64,000 nt of DNA from Eutreptiella sp. 'Long Island Sound 2002' (GCA_964036045.1 OZ038378.1:11284001-11348000), one strand, 5' to 3'. Shown: positions 1 through 13,589, numbered from the stretch's first letter. Notes: generated by a model from the sequence alone, not told the origin. Made by a program: numbers and translations.

Positions 1-375
1 CACAATATGAAGGGTGAAGCGTCCACAAGGTGCCCCTTACTGGCTTCTCAAAGGGTTGCCGACCGCTTTCCCGGACGTTCCCCGTTTTACCAATTTTTTT
101 TGACCACAACCTTTCCACCGAAATCTTTTTAGTCTTTACTCTTTTACTTTTTACTCTTTTTCTCTTTTACCAAAATCAAAATCTACTATTTGCAACTAAT
201 TTGCCTACCTCACTATCGAGCACATGCCGCCCCCAACTGCGAGCGTGCGCACATTTAACGAAGGGGATTTGTCCATCACGTGGGGTGATATGGGGGGCAG
301 GTACAACCTTTGGCCTTGTTTCATGATACCATCCGCCACAGGTGGGAGGCCAGGACACGAGACGGCGGGTAATAC

Positions 376-523
376 TCAGCCCAGCGTCTGTCTGCTGGTG
401 CTCGTGCTGAGAGCTCTGGTGGACGCTCTGAAGGAGCGCGTCGGGTGGAAACAGTAACCAGGTTGAGACTCCGGGCTGGGGGGACTGCCGTTGCCCTGCT
501 GTCCTTGCTCCGCCTGGTAGGAC
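376..523 (-). CDS. BASS transporter terminal exon (RSYQAEQ...RQTLG*)
   Basis: Acceptor TCTTCAG| at 524, phase-2 match with exon 3, TGA stop at 376-378. Confidence 0.75.
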
Positions 524-2119
524 CTGAAGATGAATGCAGAGGTGGATGCATCGATCACGTCACGGAGAGAAGGCCAAGCACAACCTCAGGCCATTGCCAG
601 GAATGCATGCAGTCTATGCATGGGGTCTATGCATGGGGCGTGGGCGGCAACACTGTGTGGCATCGCCAAGGATGGCAGGACCATTTAAGGAGTGCACAGT
701 GTGTCATCCTGAATTGAGGAGATCACTGATGAGCAAAAGTAAAAGAAACCATTGACTCTCGGATGACATGCACTTTATCCTTCTTTGTTTGCGCCATGAA
801 GCTGCTCTGTACCTTGCATTTCATAGACTCTGTCACAGGATTTCCAACATATCCTTGCCAGTCCTCATCCACCTGGAGCAATGTGGACGCATCCACCTGC
901 CCTGTGCTCGTTTTCCACCCATTTCTGCACCATCTCCCTGACCAATCCATCATCCCCTTGAACACGTACCCTGAGTCCGACACTGCAACCATGCGTTCCC
1001 CCCGGAGGCCCTCTGCAGCGGCGCTTGCAGTACCCCTCTCAGTCACCCCGACCAACGCTCTGACACTCATGCAGCGGCACGTGCATCACAAAATTTCCAG
1101 ACATGCCCTGCCCCAACCCAACCGCCATACCCTGCCTGCATCCAGCCCCTTACACGCGGTTGGCCGACCACCACCCATCCTTCATACCCCAGGTGGTCTA
1201 GTCTCCGAAGGAGCTGTTGCTTGTGGGAGCCCCACGTTTCCATCTTTCTTCTTCGGCAGGTCAACTGTTGCCCCTAACCCTGCTTCCTGTCATGGGCCGT
1301 AGGCTTGCTCAAACACGGTTGGTAGTCCCGAACCAACCCTGCAGCTGATCGACCCAATACGGCAGATCGACCCTGTTGCTGACCATGCCTTTTCTCCTCT
1401 CCAGCTTTACAAATTTGCACACCACAGTGCCACAAAACCATCCAAAGCGACCGACCTACGCTGGTCCTGGGTCGGATGGCGTAACCTCCACTGGGCCTCC
1501 AGGGCAGCCCAAAGCAGCAAGTGCAGAGCATCGACAACTCCGACTCCTGCAACCGCAGCCAATTTAGTTCAACCTCCACCTCGCCAAAAGCCCTCTCGCC
1601 ATATCAAACATAAAACGTGAGCCGAAACATTTTTTCAAGCACGTTGCTTGGATAAAGGGGAGGGCCTAGATTTACCTGACAAACATGTGAAGAAATGCCT
1701 GTAAATCAGGTGCAGAATCTGAATGCAAACCCTGCACAAGAATAGGGCCCAAAGAGCATGGAGGAGGGATTCAGGCGCCAGCCCCCAGAACGGGACCTAA
1801 TTTAGATGGTGGCAAGGTTAGAGGGGGGCGGGTGGGTGAAATGAACCGGAACGAGGCTGCCATTTTGAAAAAGGCAGCCCCCCACCCCCCACAGGGGGTA
1901 GGGTGTGCGCTCCACTAAGAAAAGGCCCAGGGGGGGGGGGGGGGTTCGCCATAGATGACAGGCTTGGCTATAAATGGCTCCCTATGCGCTCGTGCTGCAG
2001 TGCTTGTCAGTTGCGGGTGATTTATGTTGCAGGCGGTTGGCCCATTCTCAGCCTGCGGGGTCTGGCGACTGTGTAACGCCCCTGCTGCACTTGAATTGGG
2101 TACGGGTGCGTGTGTGTGT

Positions 2120-2191
<72 letters not shown>

Positions 2192-5100
2192 GGGGGGGAA
2201 TGCCATATTATAGAGGAAGGCCTGCATGGGTCCAGGGGTGGGCGCCCAGCGGAGGGGGGCCTGTGCCAGAAGGATGTCTGAGGGAAAGCATCATGACTGC
2301 ACTGGCCCCCCTTGAGAGTCGTCACCCTCGCCTAGGCCAGAGCCTCTGGTGGCTGTGGGTTATGAGACCTCGGTGCCTGCACGCCCATGCCGCTCCGGCT
2401 GGCGTGCTCGTTTGCCCGGTGGGCCGTCCTGGGGAGGCGTCTCCCCCCTCCGTCTCTTCACCCCCGCGCGCCGGGGGTGGGACTGGCTCTGTGTGTGTGT
2501 GTAGGGGGGGGGTGGATCCACCAGAACCCCCGCACCAGAACAGTTGAATCATGCGAGAACCTGACCTCTAACATTGGAAACTTCAGTCAAAATGAGATCA
2601 GAGCTTTATGAATCCACACCTGAGGAGCACGCTGAGAAGGGGGTCGGAAGGCGGTGCCAGCGTCCAGCCGCACTTCCACGCCACCAAACAGAACACTAAG
2701 ATGAGGAGGGTGCACACGCCCCCATAGAACAGTGGGACACCGAGCGCGTCGGCGACTTGTTCAGCATTCGAAAACATGGAGAGCGCGGCAGAGGACGCGA
2801 TGCCCGTGTTTTGGTACATGGTCTCGATTGCAAGGGCCACGCGTTCAGGCCTCGACATGCGCAGCAGTGTGGCAATGATTGCGCCCAATGTGAGACCAAT
2901 CGTGGCCATGAGGCCTAGAAGGTGTTGGGAAGCAAGGGAACAACGCGCAGGGGAACTGACGAACCTGTAGCCAATCCGCTGCCCCCCTATCGGTGTCCCC
3001 ATAAACCCCCGCCGCAATCTCTATCGGAACCCTATCGAATTCACAGCAGAACGTCTGCTTTTGCAAAACCATGCCACATATGCAGGATCAACACGAAACT
3101 GGACGCACCCAAGGTTGTGCTGAGGGGGGTGGGGGGATGAGATCCAGATGAAATTGAGCAGAATGGCAACAAATAACCGGAGCGGGGGAATCCATGCAAC
3201 CAGATTTTGGGGCCCCAAAGATCCCAAAATGTCCTGATGACCTAATTAAAAAACAGACAAATGCAAAACCGAGGTAATGCACTCCACAGTGAGGCATTCG
3301 TGCATCTGTATTCTCTATGCCAAACGTGGTTAAGCCCCAAGACGCACACTGTGTCTGAAACAGAAAACAGAGCATCATGTCTGACTACAGTTAGTCAGCC
3401 AATCACAGGCAGTAGCTGTCAGTCAGACATCAGCAATCAGTGTCGGATAAAGAAACCATGCATCACCGGCATGGCTGAAAAGAGCTTGCCGCTGCTTGCC
3501 GGCTGGAAAAGACTCCTGGGGGGTGAGGCCTAATTAAAAAGGGGTGGCAGGGGCGGGGCCACAAACACATTCAACAACATAGAGCGGGGCTACAACAGGG
3601 CAATAGCGTTCTCGAACCGTAGATGCTCAGTCCCGTTAGAGTCAACGCTCCCAAACATCTCTGCTATGTACATCAGGCTCGTCTATATGTACATCGCTCA
3701 GGTGCTTGATCTGTCATTGACACCTCCCTCTCGTACTCTGCGTTGTGTTGCTCCTTTTTTATTTTGTCCGCCCAAAAGGGCGTGCATGCACATACTGGGG
3801 GTGGGCACCCGGGCTTCTCTTGTGGTCGTGCGTGATGCTGGCACCCTGTTGGCCAAACCATCAAGTGTCTGTCCCTGCTGTGGTTTGAACCTGTCCATAG
3901 CTATTCCCTCCCTGAGTCACGCTGTCATGACGACATGTTGGAATCCGTACTCCCCATGGAGACGGTTTCATCGGCTGACGTGGCAAATTCATCTTCTTCC
4001 ATAAAATTCACTGCACATACGACCGACCGACTGTCCTCTGATGACACATCTGAGGCGGGTGAATTGATGAGTTGTAGGCCCAGTGATCGGAGGGCCCCGG
4101 TTGCCCCTGTGGGCGTGTAGAAGTCCAGGGCTGACTCAAACTCTGGCTGTCTGATGGGAAAGGGGAGCACCCCCCCCCCCCTTATTGCGGGTGTGACCTG
4201 GGCAAACCCCACGTTTGCTTCACATACCATTGGTGTCATTTCAATACTAAACTTCATAGCAGATGCTGAGTCAACCGGGGGTGACTGCTGTGGGTCACTC
4301 GGCAGCGGAGCTGCCACGGGTGTGAGTAAGACGTGTGGCTGTCGTCCAGCCCTGGAGTAGAGGGGTGAGGACTTCCGTCCCAGCTCAGCCAGGGCATATG
4401 CCCGTTCATTGCCTTCTAATTGCATGTGGCTGGGCACCTTAATCCATTCGTAACTTGCTACAGAAGTGTCCAACAGTTCAAGCATTTCGATCCGGAGATC
4501 TACATTAATCACAGGGCCTTTGCTGGTGACCCATTGTTGCGCTCGCCATTGGATGGCCGATCCCTGAACACCGCCATATACATAGGAGGAGCCCGTTGCA
4601 ACTGCAAACCGTTGGTTCCGTGTGTGTGTGTGCGACGCACTGATGTGATGACCGCCATGAGTTTTGCACGATTGATGCTTTGTTTTTTATTCAGGGGGGG
4701 GGGGGGGTGGGCCTCTTCCCAGAACCCCGGCTCATGGCAACCAAACCCTGCAATCCACCTTACACCCTGAACAAACTCTTCTGAGCCATCCGTGTAAATG
4801 ACGTGAAGCGCTCGTGTCTGGGCTTTTTGTATTTGCTGGAGGGCTAACACAGCCAGTTCCTGCTTCCTATCGTCCTGACGCTGGCGTTTAGACGCTCTCT
4901 GCATTTCCTAATCACTGGGCTCAACGTATATTATACCTGGTCTTGAGATTACACCTTCGTTTTTGAAGTGCACCAGTCTGTCATGGAACAATTGTAATGT
5001 GTGCGAGAATGCTGAAAGTGGATCCCGGCCCACAAGCAGTGCTGTGAACTTGATCCATATGGTGAGCAGGGTGTCCAGGGTGGCGGTGCCGCCATTGCGG

Positions 5101-8100
5101 TATGTGTTGCGTAGTGTCCACTGCACCGCGAGTGCTGACCACTGGGCTATTCCTTGCGGGCTCTTGAAAGAGTGCTGCACGGGGATGTGCCCACATTCAT
5201 ACTATCTACCTTGGACATGCAAAGGCTCCCAAACCTTTTTCAAAAGTGCAAACATAAACTTGTGGAAGAGACAATCCCCCAACGCATGATCCAGTGTTTC
5301 GACGGCGCGACACAGCGCGCAGGAGGAGTCCTGAGTCCACGGGCTTAATCTCTCCGCCACACGCAGTTTTTTCCATAAAACGTGATAGACAAAGTCATGC
5401 AAGGAGGGCAGGAGTTTTGATCTCCAAAACATTCCCCATACCTTGGGTGATTGACGTGTTTCTGGGTGTGGGTTCGACAAGAGCCGTGCGAGGGAGTCTG
5501 ACTTTCCCCACGCCGCCAGCCATACCGATGGCCTGGACCAGTCTGTTGGTTGCACCTGGAGAAAACTGGCAAGCCCACACCTGTACACCTGTCGCCACGT
5601 GGGCCCTATCTTTTTCAGCACCTCTTCCTGTGGTGCCCCATTTACAAACATATATTTCACTTGAGTGATACCTTGTCTTATGAGAGCAGGACAATAGTAG
5701 GTGAGCTGAGTGCCACAGGGGGAGGTCCCCAACCGCTGAGTTGTCCCCCAGTCCGTCAATAATATAGCGCCTAGAAATTGCAAATGACTTAAAACTGTAC
5801 TGGGGGCGGGGGGGGGGGGGGGGGAGGCGGTTAGATATATTTTCAGCGTGACACATATTCATGTATGCACACACACAAGCACACACAGGTTTAAGGCCTT
5901 TGCCCACAACAGCAGATTTGGAACGCAGACTGGGTCATCAGCAACAACACCCTCCATTGTAGTTATCTGTGCATATGGAGAGGGTGGTCTGTAGACTGTA
6001 GACACTTCATGCTACAAATAGATGCGTCTTTTTATTGCGGACACTATGTTGTAAATGAATTTGTTTTGGTTGTGAGTCACAGAGTGCCAAACCATCCATC
6101 GACCACCTCTACCCCCGTAGGTTGATTGCCGGGGCATGGACATCCTCGGGGGTTATGGGTCGTGTGTGACACCTTCATTTTTGCATGTGTGTCGGTGTTC
6201 CGTTTGCTTATTCGTTAACACTTTCTCCACTTTGTTGTTCGGTATGTTATTTATAAATTGCCCACTATCCAAACTTAGCTTGCTGAATCGTGGACATCTG
6301 AGTGCGGCCAGTGAAATGCAACGACTTGATATTGTGACGCATTTTCTGGATCAGGTCCCATGACACAAGCGCTGCCGCACTAGTCTCCCGCAACACCGCC
6401 ATGGACCCACATGCACTCAGTTTCTCCAAGGGAGGGGAATGCTGATTCACCCACCCACCGAGAATTTTTCCTGGACCCACTCCCCGTGCTTGATGTTGCG
6501 ATCAGCAAAGCGGACTCAATGCTTTTGCTGTCAAAGCGGACTCAAAACTGCAGGAATATGAGGTTGGATATGCTGGCATTGTTGAAGAGCGGCCCCACAC
6601 TGTTGCCATGCCCATTGCGCCGCCTGATGGTCAGCTCACACGGAAAGCCTTCAGCAGGACCATGGTGGCAACATTGAGGCAGCGCACGCCTTCCATGTCT
6701 CCTGCCCCACATCTTATGTGTTGCGCATTGGCAACAAGTGGCCTGAGGGTTACGTTCCAGAATAGGCTCCAACAGGGGGGGGGGGGATTTAGTACGGGAA
6801 AATTTTGGTCTGGAAAAATTTAGTGCGGGAAAAATTCCGCCAGAATCGTTAACAGTGATGGGAAAGATTGCGCCAGAATTGGGCGTACTAAATTTTTCCA
6901 GACAGGTTTCTTCAGCTACTAAACCCCCCCCCCCCCCTGTATTCACGCCATCCTGAATGTATTGGACGTCTGTTTCTTTTTGGTTTGGCTGGTGGAACGG
7001 GGGGTGGGGGTAGACCTGTGTAGACAGAGGTTCTTCCCCATGAGCACATGTAGACTTATCGTCCGGCCGGACATTCGGCCAGCCGGTTGCCCGGCAGAAT
7101 GTCTACCAAGCCGAAATGTCAGCCGAATCATCGCGTTCATTCCAGTGAGAAGGTGTCTCCAGTCCCGTAGGCTCAGATTGCCACCGCCTGGAGGTCGTTA
7201 ACTATTCAACAAGCGGTTCTCATCCAGCGGTGGTCCTTCTACTGTACTTGCGCTGGCCAGGGCTCCTTCCAAGGGAGGGGGGGTGTCCAGCCCCCCGTAT
7301 GGAGTCTTGTGGGTTACGCGCAGTGACAGGCAAGTGTGCAAGCCCAGCCCTCCCCCCCCCCCCAGTGGTGCCGAAGGCGCTGAAGAAAATTTTTGGTCTA
7401 AACATATTGGCGCCAAAGGCCAAAGGCCGAAGGCCCGGAAGAAAATTTGGCATAATCTTTTAACGTGTGTGTGTGTGTGTGTGTGTGTGTGGCTGGGTGG
7501 GCCCAGGTGGGTGGGTGGGTGGTGTGGGACCCCGCCCCGCCCAGTGGTGCCGAGTTGTTAGAAAGACCCTGGCACTGGCATTCTTTTTCAAAAAAATCCC
7601 GAGGCTCAAACACCACTTCTGCTTTAGAATCCATGAAACAACAGGTCACAAGAAGATACGGGACAAAGAGGGAAGCATGATCTTATGCCAAATGTCCACT
7701 CAGCTTACCGCAAGAGGCACCCCCCCCTTTGCAATCTCCCCCCTTTTGTCTGGCTGGTTCCTCCCCAGGGGGGGGGGGGAGGGGGACCGTCATGAAGTGA
7801 CGGTCCCCCCCCCCTGAGGGGGGGGGGGGGGTTGCACCACAAAACTGTACCATAATATCACAGTGTAAATCAGCTTCGGCGCCTTGTAAAAATTTCTTTG
7901 GTGCATTCCGCGCCTCATATTTTCTATGCTTTTTGGGCCAAGTGACGCCCCCCCCCCCCCTGGGGGGGGGGGGAGATTGCAAGGGGGTGGGGTATGTGAG
8001 CACCATGTCTTTCTGCTGTACTATTCGTTGGGAAACTGTTCACTTAGCAACCTCATTCATGAATGCGGTTCCCTTGGACGAGACCCAATCGCATGCTCAA

Positions 8101-10139
8101 TAACATACTTGTGGAGACATAGAATTTCCAATCACGCTGCCAAATTGGATCAGGGTGTGAACCCCCAGAGGACAAAAAGAAGGAGCACATAATACTTGCC
8201 AACGCCGCCATGTTGCCCACCCAGTGCATGGCCATTTTGCACTTGGGGACGAGTTGGCCTGTCGCGAGCCCAATGGCAGTCCCGGCTAAGACGATGACAC
8301 AAGTAATACCCAGCGAAAAGTAGTTCAAGGGAACGTTATCACCGTACGACAGGGTGACGAACAAGAACGTGTTGAGGGGCAAAACTACGAGACTCAGGAC
8401 AGTGCTGCAAGTGGTCATGGCGATGCTCAGGGCGAGGTCAGCGTTGAAGACGCTGCACCACCAATTTGAGAAAGCTCCACCTGGCGAGCTGGCGACAACC
8501 AAGAGGATGGTCCCCTGCACCTGTATTGGGTACAATGCCAAGCTGGGGGGAAAAAGACGTGCGAGGTGGACAGGGCAAGCACAACACAGCAATGCTTGCG
8601 CATTGAATTTAGGTCAATGGCGTTAGCACTGGGCAGTGGTTTTGCCACACGTCGAGAAATGTGGGTGAATTTATTGCTACAATGGGTTTGACGAGATGCG
8701 AGCGCAAAATCCGTAGGAGCACCTCCCTTTAGGCCAGACGAACGGCAGCATTAAGCGGAGTGATTGCAACACGCAACACCCCGTCCCATCCCGTCCAATA
8801 CAATCCAAGTGCGCTTCGACACCGCGGACGCAAGGCCTTCTGCACCATCTCGCACGTCAACATTGATTGCGAAGTTACGTTGCAGTTCACGTATACTTCG
8901 CCTGCAATATCAATTTGCACTTCGATCGTTTGAAAACTGGACACCTCTTTTCACGGGACCACAACTGGCCAGGCCCATTGCATGGACGTTATCTATGTTT
9001 CGTTCAGCAACGTACCACCAGGTTCGTCTCCTACCAAACCACGTGCCTGTTAGGTCTTGACAATCAATGTACTGACAGCTCAAGCAAGAGGGCACGTTTG
9101 AGGAACGAGCAAGAACGCTTTGCGCCTGACCGGTGGGACACGCTGTCTTAACCGACGGGACACGTGGCGCATTGAGTTATCTGCGTGTACAATTTTTTGC
9201 TGCACCCGTGGCATGCCGCTTGCTGCGAGCATCTACACGCGCATGGCCTCCGGCAGTGACGGATATGCTGTTTGTCTGCTGCTGTTCTGCCGCACGTGGC
9301 GCTGGTCACTGGCTATTGGAACAGAGTTTGCGTTGTTGACGGGTGTTTGCAATGTTGCATTGTGAACCAAATTTTCTTTGCCAGAGACAATCGCACATAC
9401 AGGCACGGTCAAACCACGCAACTCAATTGTAACTGCAACTGGCCAAAGAAATATGCTCCATCTATAGCTGGCATTCCGGACATTTCAAACCAAAGTAGGA
9501 GACGACGAGAAAGACTCACATGATGAGTTTGACAACCGTGCGCTGTTGGCCGTGGAACCTAACGTGCTGGGCGCACAGGGCTTTTGAAACTGTGGCACAG
9601 ATTTGTTTGACTGCTCTCGTCAGTCGCCCTTGTCAACTCCAACCACAGCGACGTCAATGGTCCGGGAATGTTGCGACGGCCGTATTGCAGAAGTGCTGAC
9701 GAGCTAGTTGAGTTGCGAACCCATGCCACGAGATGAACAGGCGCCCCGTTTTGAAGTCACAGGCGGCTTCGGGACGCAAACGACACACACGAAGGGAGAA
9801 AGTGAGGTGCCAGGGGGACCGAGTGCACACGGTGGAGACGAATGACAACGAGAAAGCAAAACGGTACGCAAGCATAAGGTATACCTTAGACATATCTAAA
9901 AGTTTCACCAGAGTGAATCCAACGAGGGGCAGGATTAGAAACTGGCAACAAACGCCAGCGAACAGCCCTCGCCATTGATTGGATTCTGTGAACTTCTTCT
10001 TGAATTCGGAAACATTAACATCAGCAGCCAAACCCACAAATATGCAAAACACAAGAGTGTTTCCCAAGATTGCCATCCATAGGTCATCCAGACTCTTCAC
10101 CGGGATCAAGTCATTTGTTGGTGTGAGGGTTACGGACAT
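376..10139 (-). CDS. Bile acid:sodium symporter family (BASS/SLC10) transporter, 4 exons: join(376-523, 2620-2914, 8109-8520, 9885-10139), about 369 aa; start codon tentative
   Basis: Exons join in frame through GT-AG introns (phases 0, 1, 2; total 1110 nt). Family-type motifs: GLFAGVCCQFLILPLVGF, LLVVASSPGGAFSNWWCSVFNADLALSIAMTTCST, ERVALAIETMYQNTGIA, ALGVPLFYG. Upstream exons cannot be excluded. Confidence 0.88.
2109..2189 (+). repeat. (TG)n microsatellite
   Basis: About 40 TG units with one interruption. Confidence 0.95.
2620..2914 (-). CDS. BASS transporter exon 3 (LMATIGLTLG...DPLLSVLL)
   Basis: Acceptor TTCTAG| at 2915; donor |GTGTGG at 2619; contains the IETMYQNTGIA motif. Confidence 0.9.
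3925..5783 (-). mobile_element. Degenerate, 5'-truncated non-LTR retrotransposon (L1/Tx1-like): zf-RVT followed by RNase H
   Basis: FWRSKLLPSLHDFVYHVLWKKLRVAERL..CALC..VETLDHALGDC (5202-5783); RNase H motifs IYTDGS, SINRAKLMAV, W...W.TSKGPVINVDL, WIKVPSH...GNERA..LA spread over frameshifted ORFs (3925-4904). Confidence 0.8.
6774..6938. mobile_element. Small MITE-like element
   Basis: CAG(G)nATTTAGTA ... TACTAAA(C)nTG inverted termini; no clear TSD. Confidence 0.45.
7720..7992. mobile_element. MITE-like element, copy 1
   Basis: Inverted ends CCCC..TTGCAATCTCCCC / GGGGAGATTGCAAGGGG; internal sequence is shared with 10819-11099. Confidence 0.6.
8109..8520 (-). CDS. BASS transporter exon 2 (VQGTILLVVASSPGG...WKFYVST)
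   Basis: Acceptor TACAG| at 8521; donor |GTATGT at 8108; contains the SSPGG..SN signature. Confidence 0.9.
9885..10139 (-). CDS. BASS transporter exon 1 (MSVTLTP...KLLDMSK)
   Basis: Hydrophobic BASS N-terminal helices; donor AAG|GTAT at 9884; ATG at 10139 is tentative. Confidence 0.8.
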
Positions 10140-10818
10140 GCTTCCATGTACGCCCGTTGAGAGATTGTGGGGAAACCCCTCAACGGCTGTGCCAGTCCGG
10201 CATCCCGACAGATAACAGCTGAAAACAAGCCGCAGAAAGTGTTGCGTTCGTATGAGATGGTTTTGGATGTGCCAACGCCGACGCCGGACAATGAACCGCT
10301 TCGGGTAGGCTACCACAAACACATAATAACACTTCAACGAACTTGCAACAAACCACTTGGCGGCCCAGTCTGCGCACTGCGAAGCTTCAGTCCTTCTTCG
10401 GCAACGCACAGCAGGTGCTTGGTTGCTTGTTATCACGTGACCAGGGGAGGGGGGAAAGTGTGATGAAAAGTGGACTTGTGTAGTAATTGCACCTGGACCC
10501 TACTCGTTTTCCGACAGATGAAGTGAAGAGTATGGGGCTCATGGCTCTTGTCGTTTACAAGAAGCGGTTTAAGAGACCGCACAATGGCTGCCTCATGACC
10601 CTCTGGTATCCGGACGCTGCTTCTTCTGGGAAGCTGGTGGGGTTTTGCGTCACATTTGGGAAAATCCGTGTGTCGCAGAAACAGGAGGCAACTGCCCAAA
10701 CCACATGCCTCCTTGCACTAGGAGAAGCTTCCTTCACCTAGGGCTGGGCGGCACTTCTCTTATTTGGGTTTTGCCTTTCGTGATGTTCTGCGCATTCAGG
10801 CCCGCTGGCTGCCTCATA

Positions 10819-11099
10819 CCCCCCCCCCCCCACTTGCAATCTCCCCCCTTTTATCAGGCCAGTTCCCCCTTTCATCAGGCCAGTTCCCCCCCAGGGGGGT
10901 GGAGACAGTCATGAAGTGACGGTTCCCCCCCTGTTAGGGGGGGGGGGGATTGCACCACAAATCTGTACCATAGTATCACAGTGTAAATCAGCTTGTAAAA
11001 GTTTTCTTTGGCGCCTTTGGCGCCTAGTATTTTCTATGCTTTTTGAGCCAAGTGACGGTTCCCCCCTGGGGGGGGGGGGGTTGCAAAGGGGGGGGGGGG
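10819..11099. mobile_element. MITE-like element, copy 2, flanked by TA
   Basis: Same family as 7720-7992; TA immediately outside both C-run/G-run termini. Confidence 0.65.
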
Positions 11100-11177
11100 T
11101 AACCCACCCACACAAGTCACTACAATGAAATGGGATGAAGAAGCCATGCATTGATGTATATTGTTGTTCTTCCTACG

Positions 11178-11400
11178 TCAATGTGCACAGTAGCCACAGT
11201 ACATGAGCAACAAACCAGCTGGGACTTGAACACAGAGGAGTTTAAACCTAACCTGGAGTTTCGGTCGTAGGTTCCTGCCTTGGATTGCCAGTGCTGATCG
11301 CAGGTTGAACAGGTCGCGTTGAACAGGTTTTGTCAGTCTTGTGACCGCTTTCCATAACACAGACCAATGCTGCTCTGCCTCAGCCAAGGTGGCTGTCCAC
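11178..11400 (-). mobile_element. Possible decayed LINE zf-RVT fragment
   Basis: WSVLWKAV.RL.KPVQRDL...CGYC, weakly resembling the zf-RVT region. Confidence 0.3.
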
Positions 11401-13589
11401 TATCATACAAGGGAGCAGAGCATTAACAGCCAGATAGGAAAGGATCTGGATAAGGTCAGCCTTCGGGTTCAGACATGGGAAATGAGGTTTGGGGCTGGCT
11501 CTATGTCTTTGTTTGCGGGTCTGGGTTGCAGACATTGCGATGGATTATGAACCCCAAGTCTACTGCATCCCTTCCGCATGATGTCCAGCTTCTGATTTTG
11601 TAGTTTGATTTTTTGCACCTTTTGCACCTTGCTCCAAGCATGAAGCTACACAACTCCAATGATTGTTAAAGTGATACAAAAGCCTCCTGGCTCCCTACAT
11701 TGTGGCGTTTGTAACGAAAAACACCTCAAGTGAAAGATGAGGCAGATCTCTATTGCCCCTAATTTCTTATTCAGGTTTCTCTTCATTATACAATGCTTGT
11801 GTGCATGTATGCGGATTTCAGTTTGCTGTGTGCTGCCGACTTTGCTTTGTGCTCCATTCTGCCCTCGTCTTTGTCAAGAGGTGGGGGGCAGGACCATCTT
11901 TTTGCACCCCCCCAAAGCCCCCCAAAAAACAGCCCAGGTCAACAGGGGGGATGGGGGTTGAAGTTTCAGGCAAGCAAGCAATTCTCCATATTTGACAAAA
12001 AAAAGCTTGTTAAGTTCCCGGAAAAAAGTCCTGTGATGTCCTGAATGCTTCCAACCAGTGCCATTAAGGAAAATCTCGTAATATTCCGAATGAGGGGTCA
12101 AGGAGTCTTGCACCCCCCGCCCCCTCTGCTTGCCCTCAAACACATTCCTCATGTATTTCAAATGAATGAAATCATCCTCACGAGTAGAACGACCGATGAT
12201 AGTGGCAAGCGCCTGCTCACCAGTGGACCGGATGCACGTGACAGCCAAGCCAGGAATAATAACATTAGTCATGGCTGAAAATCACATCAAAACAAACAGC
12301 AGTGGGTTGTAGTACGAACCATAATGTTGTTATGAGCAGGAGGACTCATCACAAACATGACACAGCCCCTGTTTCCCTCCACAATTGGCACACAACCACG
12401 TTCTGCTAAGTTTCTGACCATGAAAACTGTGGTCAGAAAAAACCAGAAAAACAAAGGTCAGACCGGGTCCCGGTGCTTAGACAAGGGAGTGCTTGCGCCA
12501 GGCCGGGGGGGGGGGGGGGTCAAAACGGGGCATGACAAGAAGTAGGAACCCTCCCCCCAAATGAGGGTACTATATGGACCCATTGCGATTCCAAAAGAAG
12601 TGTTGAGGTACCTCCTTGCTCGGTGCACCTCCGTAAGGTGCGTGCAACACCCCTCTCCACTTTATGTTACGGGTCAAGTCTTCTTGTTTGACTTGGTGCA
12701 AAGAAAAAAGAGGACCGGAAAAGAAAATGAGACAATCGGAAATAAGGGGCCAAACTTTGCAGTGCGGGCGCACTGCGGGCACAGTGCGGGCGCATGTATC
12801 AGAGACCGCCCAAAGGAGAAGGAGGGAGGAAACATCAAGCATGCGGATGCAGCAACACAACATAACAATCTGATTCTGAGATGTCTGAAATCCGTTGTTC
12901 TTCCAGTTACAAATCCAAACTGCAACTATGCAAAGGCATACAAGAGGGGCACATGTTCAAATGACATGTGCCACACTCCGATATATCTTCATGACGGTGA
13001 GCACATAGTTGACAACAAACACCATCGTCATTTTCCTCATCATCTTTTGGAGCATCCTGTTGTGCCCACACAGACTCAGGCACATGAGGCCAAGGTCCAT
13101 AGGGCTGATACCTAGTTTGTCTCCTGATACAAAACTGCGTCAAGTGCAGCAAAACATGGACATGCTGCTGCAAATCTCTGGCAGAACCCATCCACACATC
13201 GATGGACGATCTTCCAATGCCAAATGCGCGCAAAGAGGTGTTCCACCCTTGCGCGATAGAAAGGTTAGCGGGGATTGACATGATGTGTTTCTTCTACGAA
13301 GCAAGGTGAGCACCACTGAAATTCCATAGCAGACACCCTAGCAAGGTATCACTGTATACCTGGCGCTGGGTGCCCGTTTCACAATTGACAACAAATCCCA
13401 CAATTCACATTGCTCAGTGACACAAATGCACCTACACAAGCATACACCGCGGCTGACATACCTTACTTCCAACGGCCATGACGTTTAAGAAGGAAGGAAG
13501 AAAGAAAGTCCGGGTGGCCAGATAACCCCTGCCGAGTAGGGGTCTCCAACGCGGGGGGAAGAAACTGTGGATGTTTTGAGTCGGTAACC

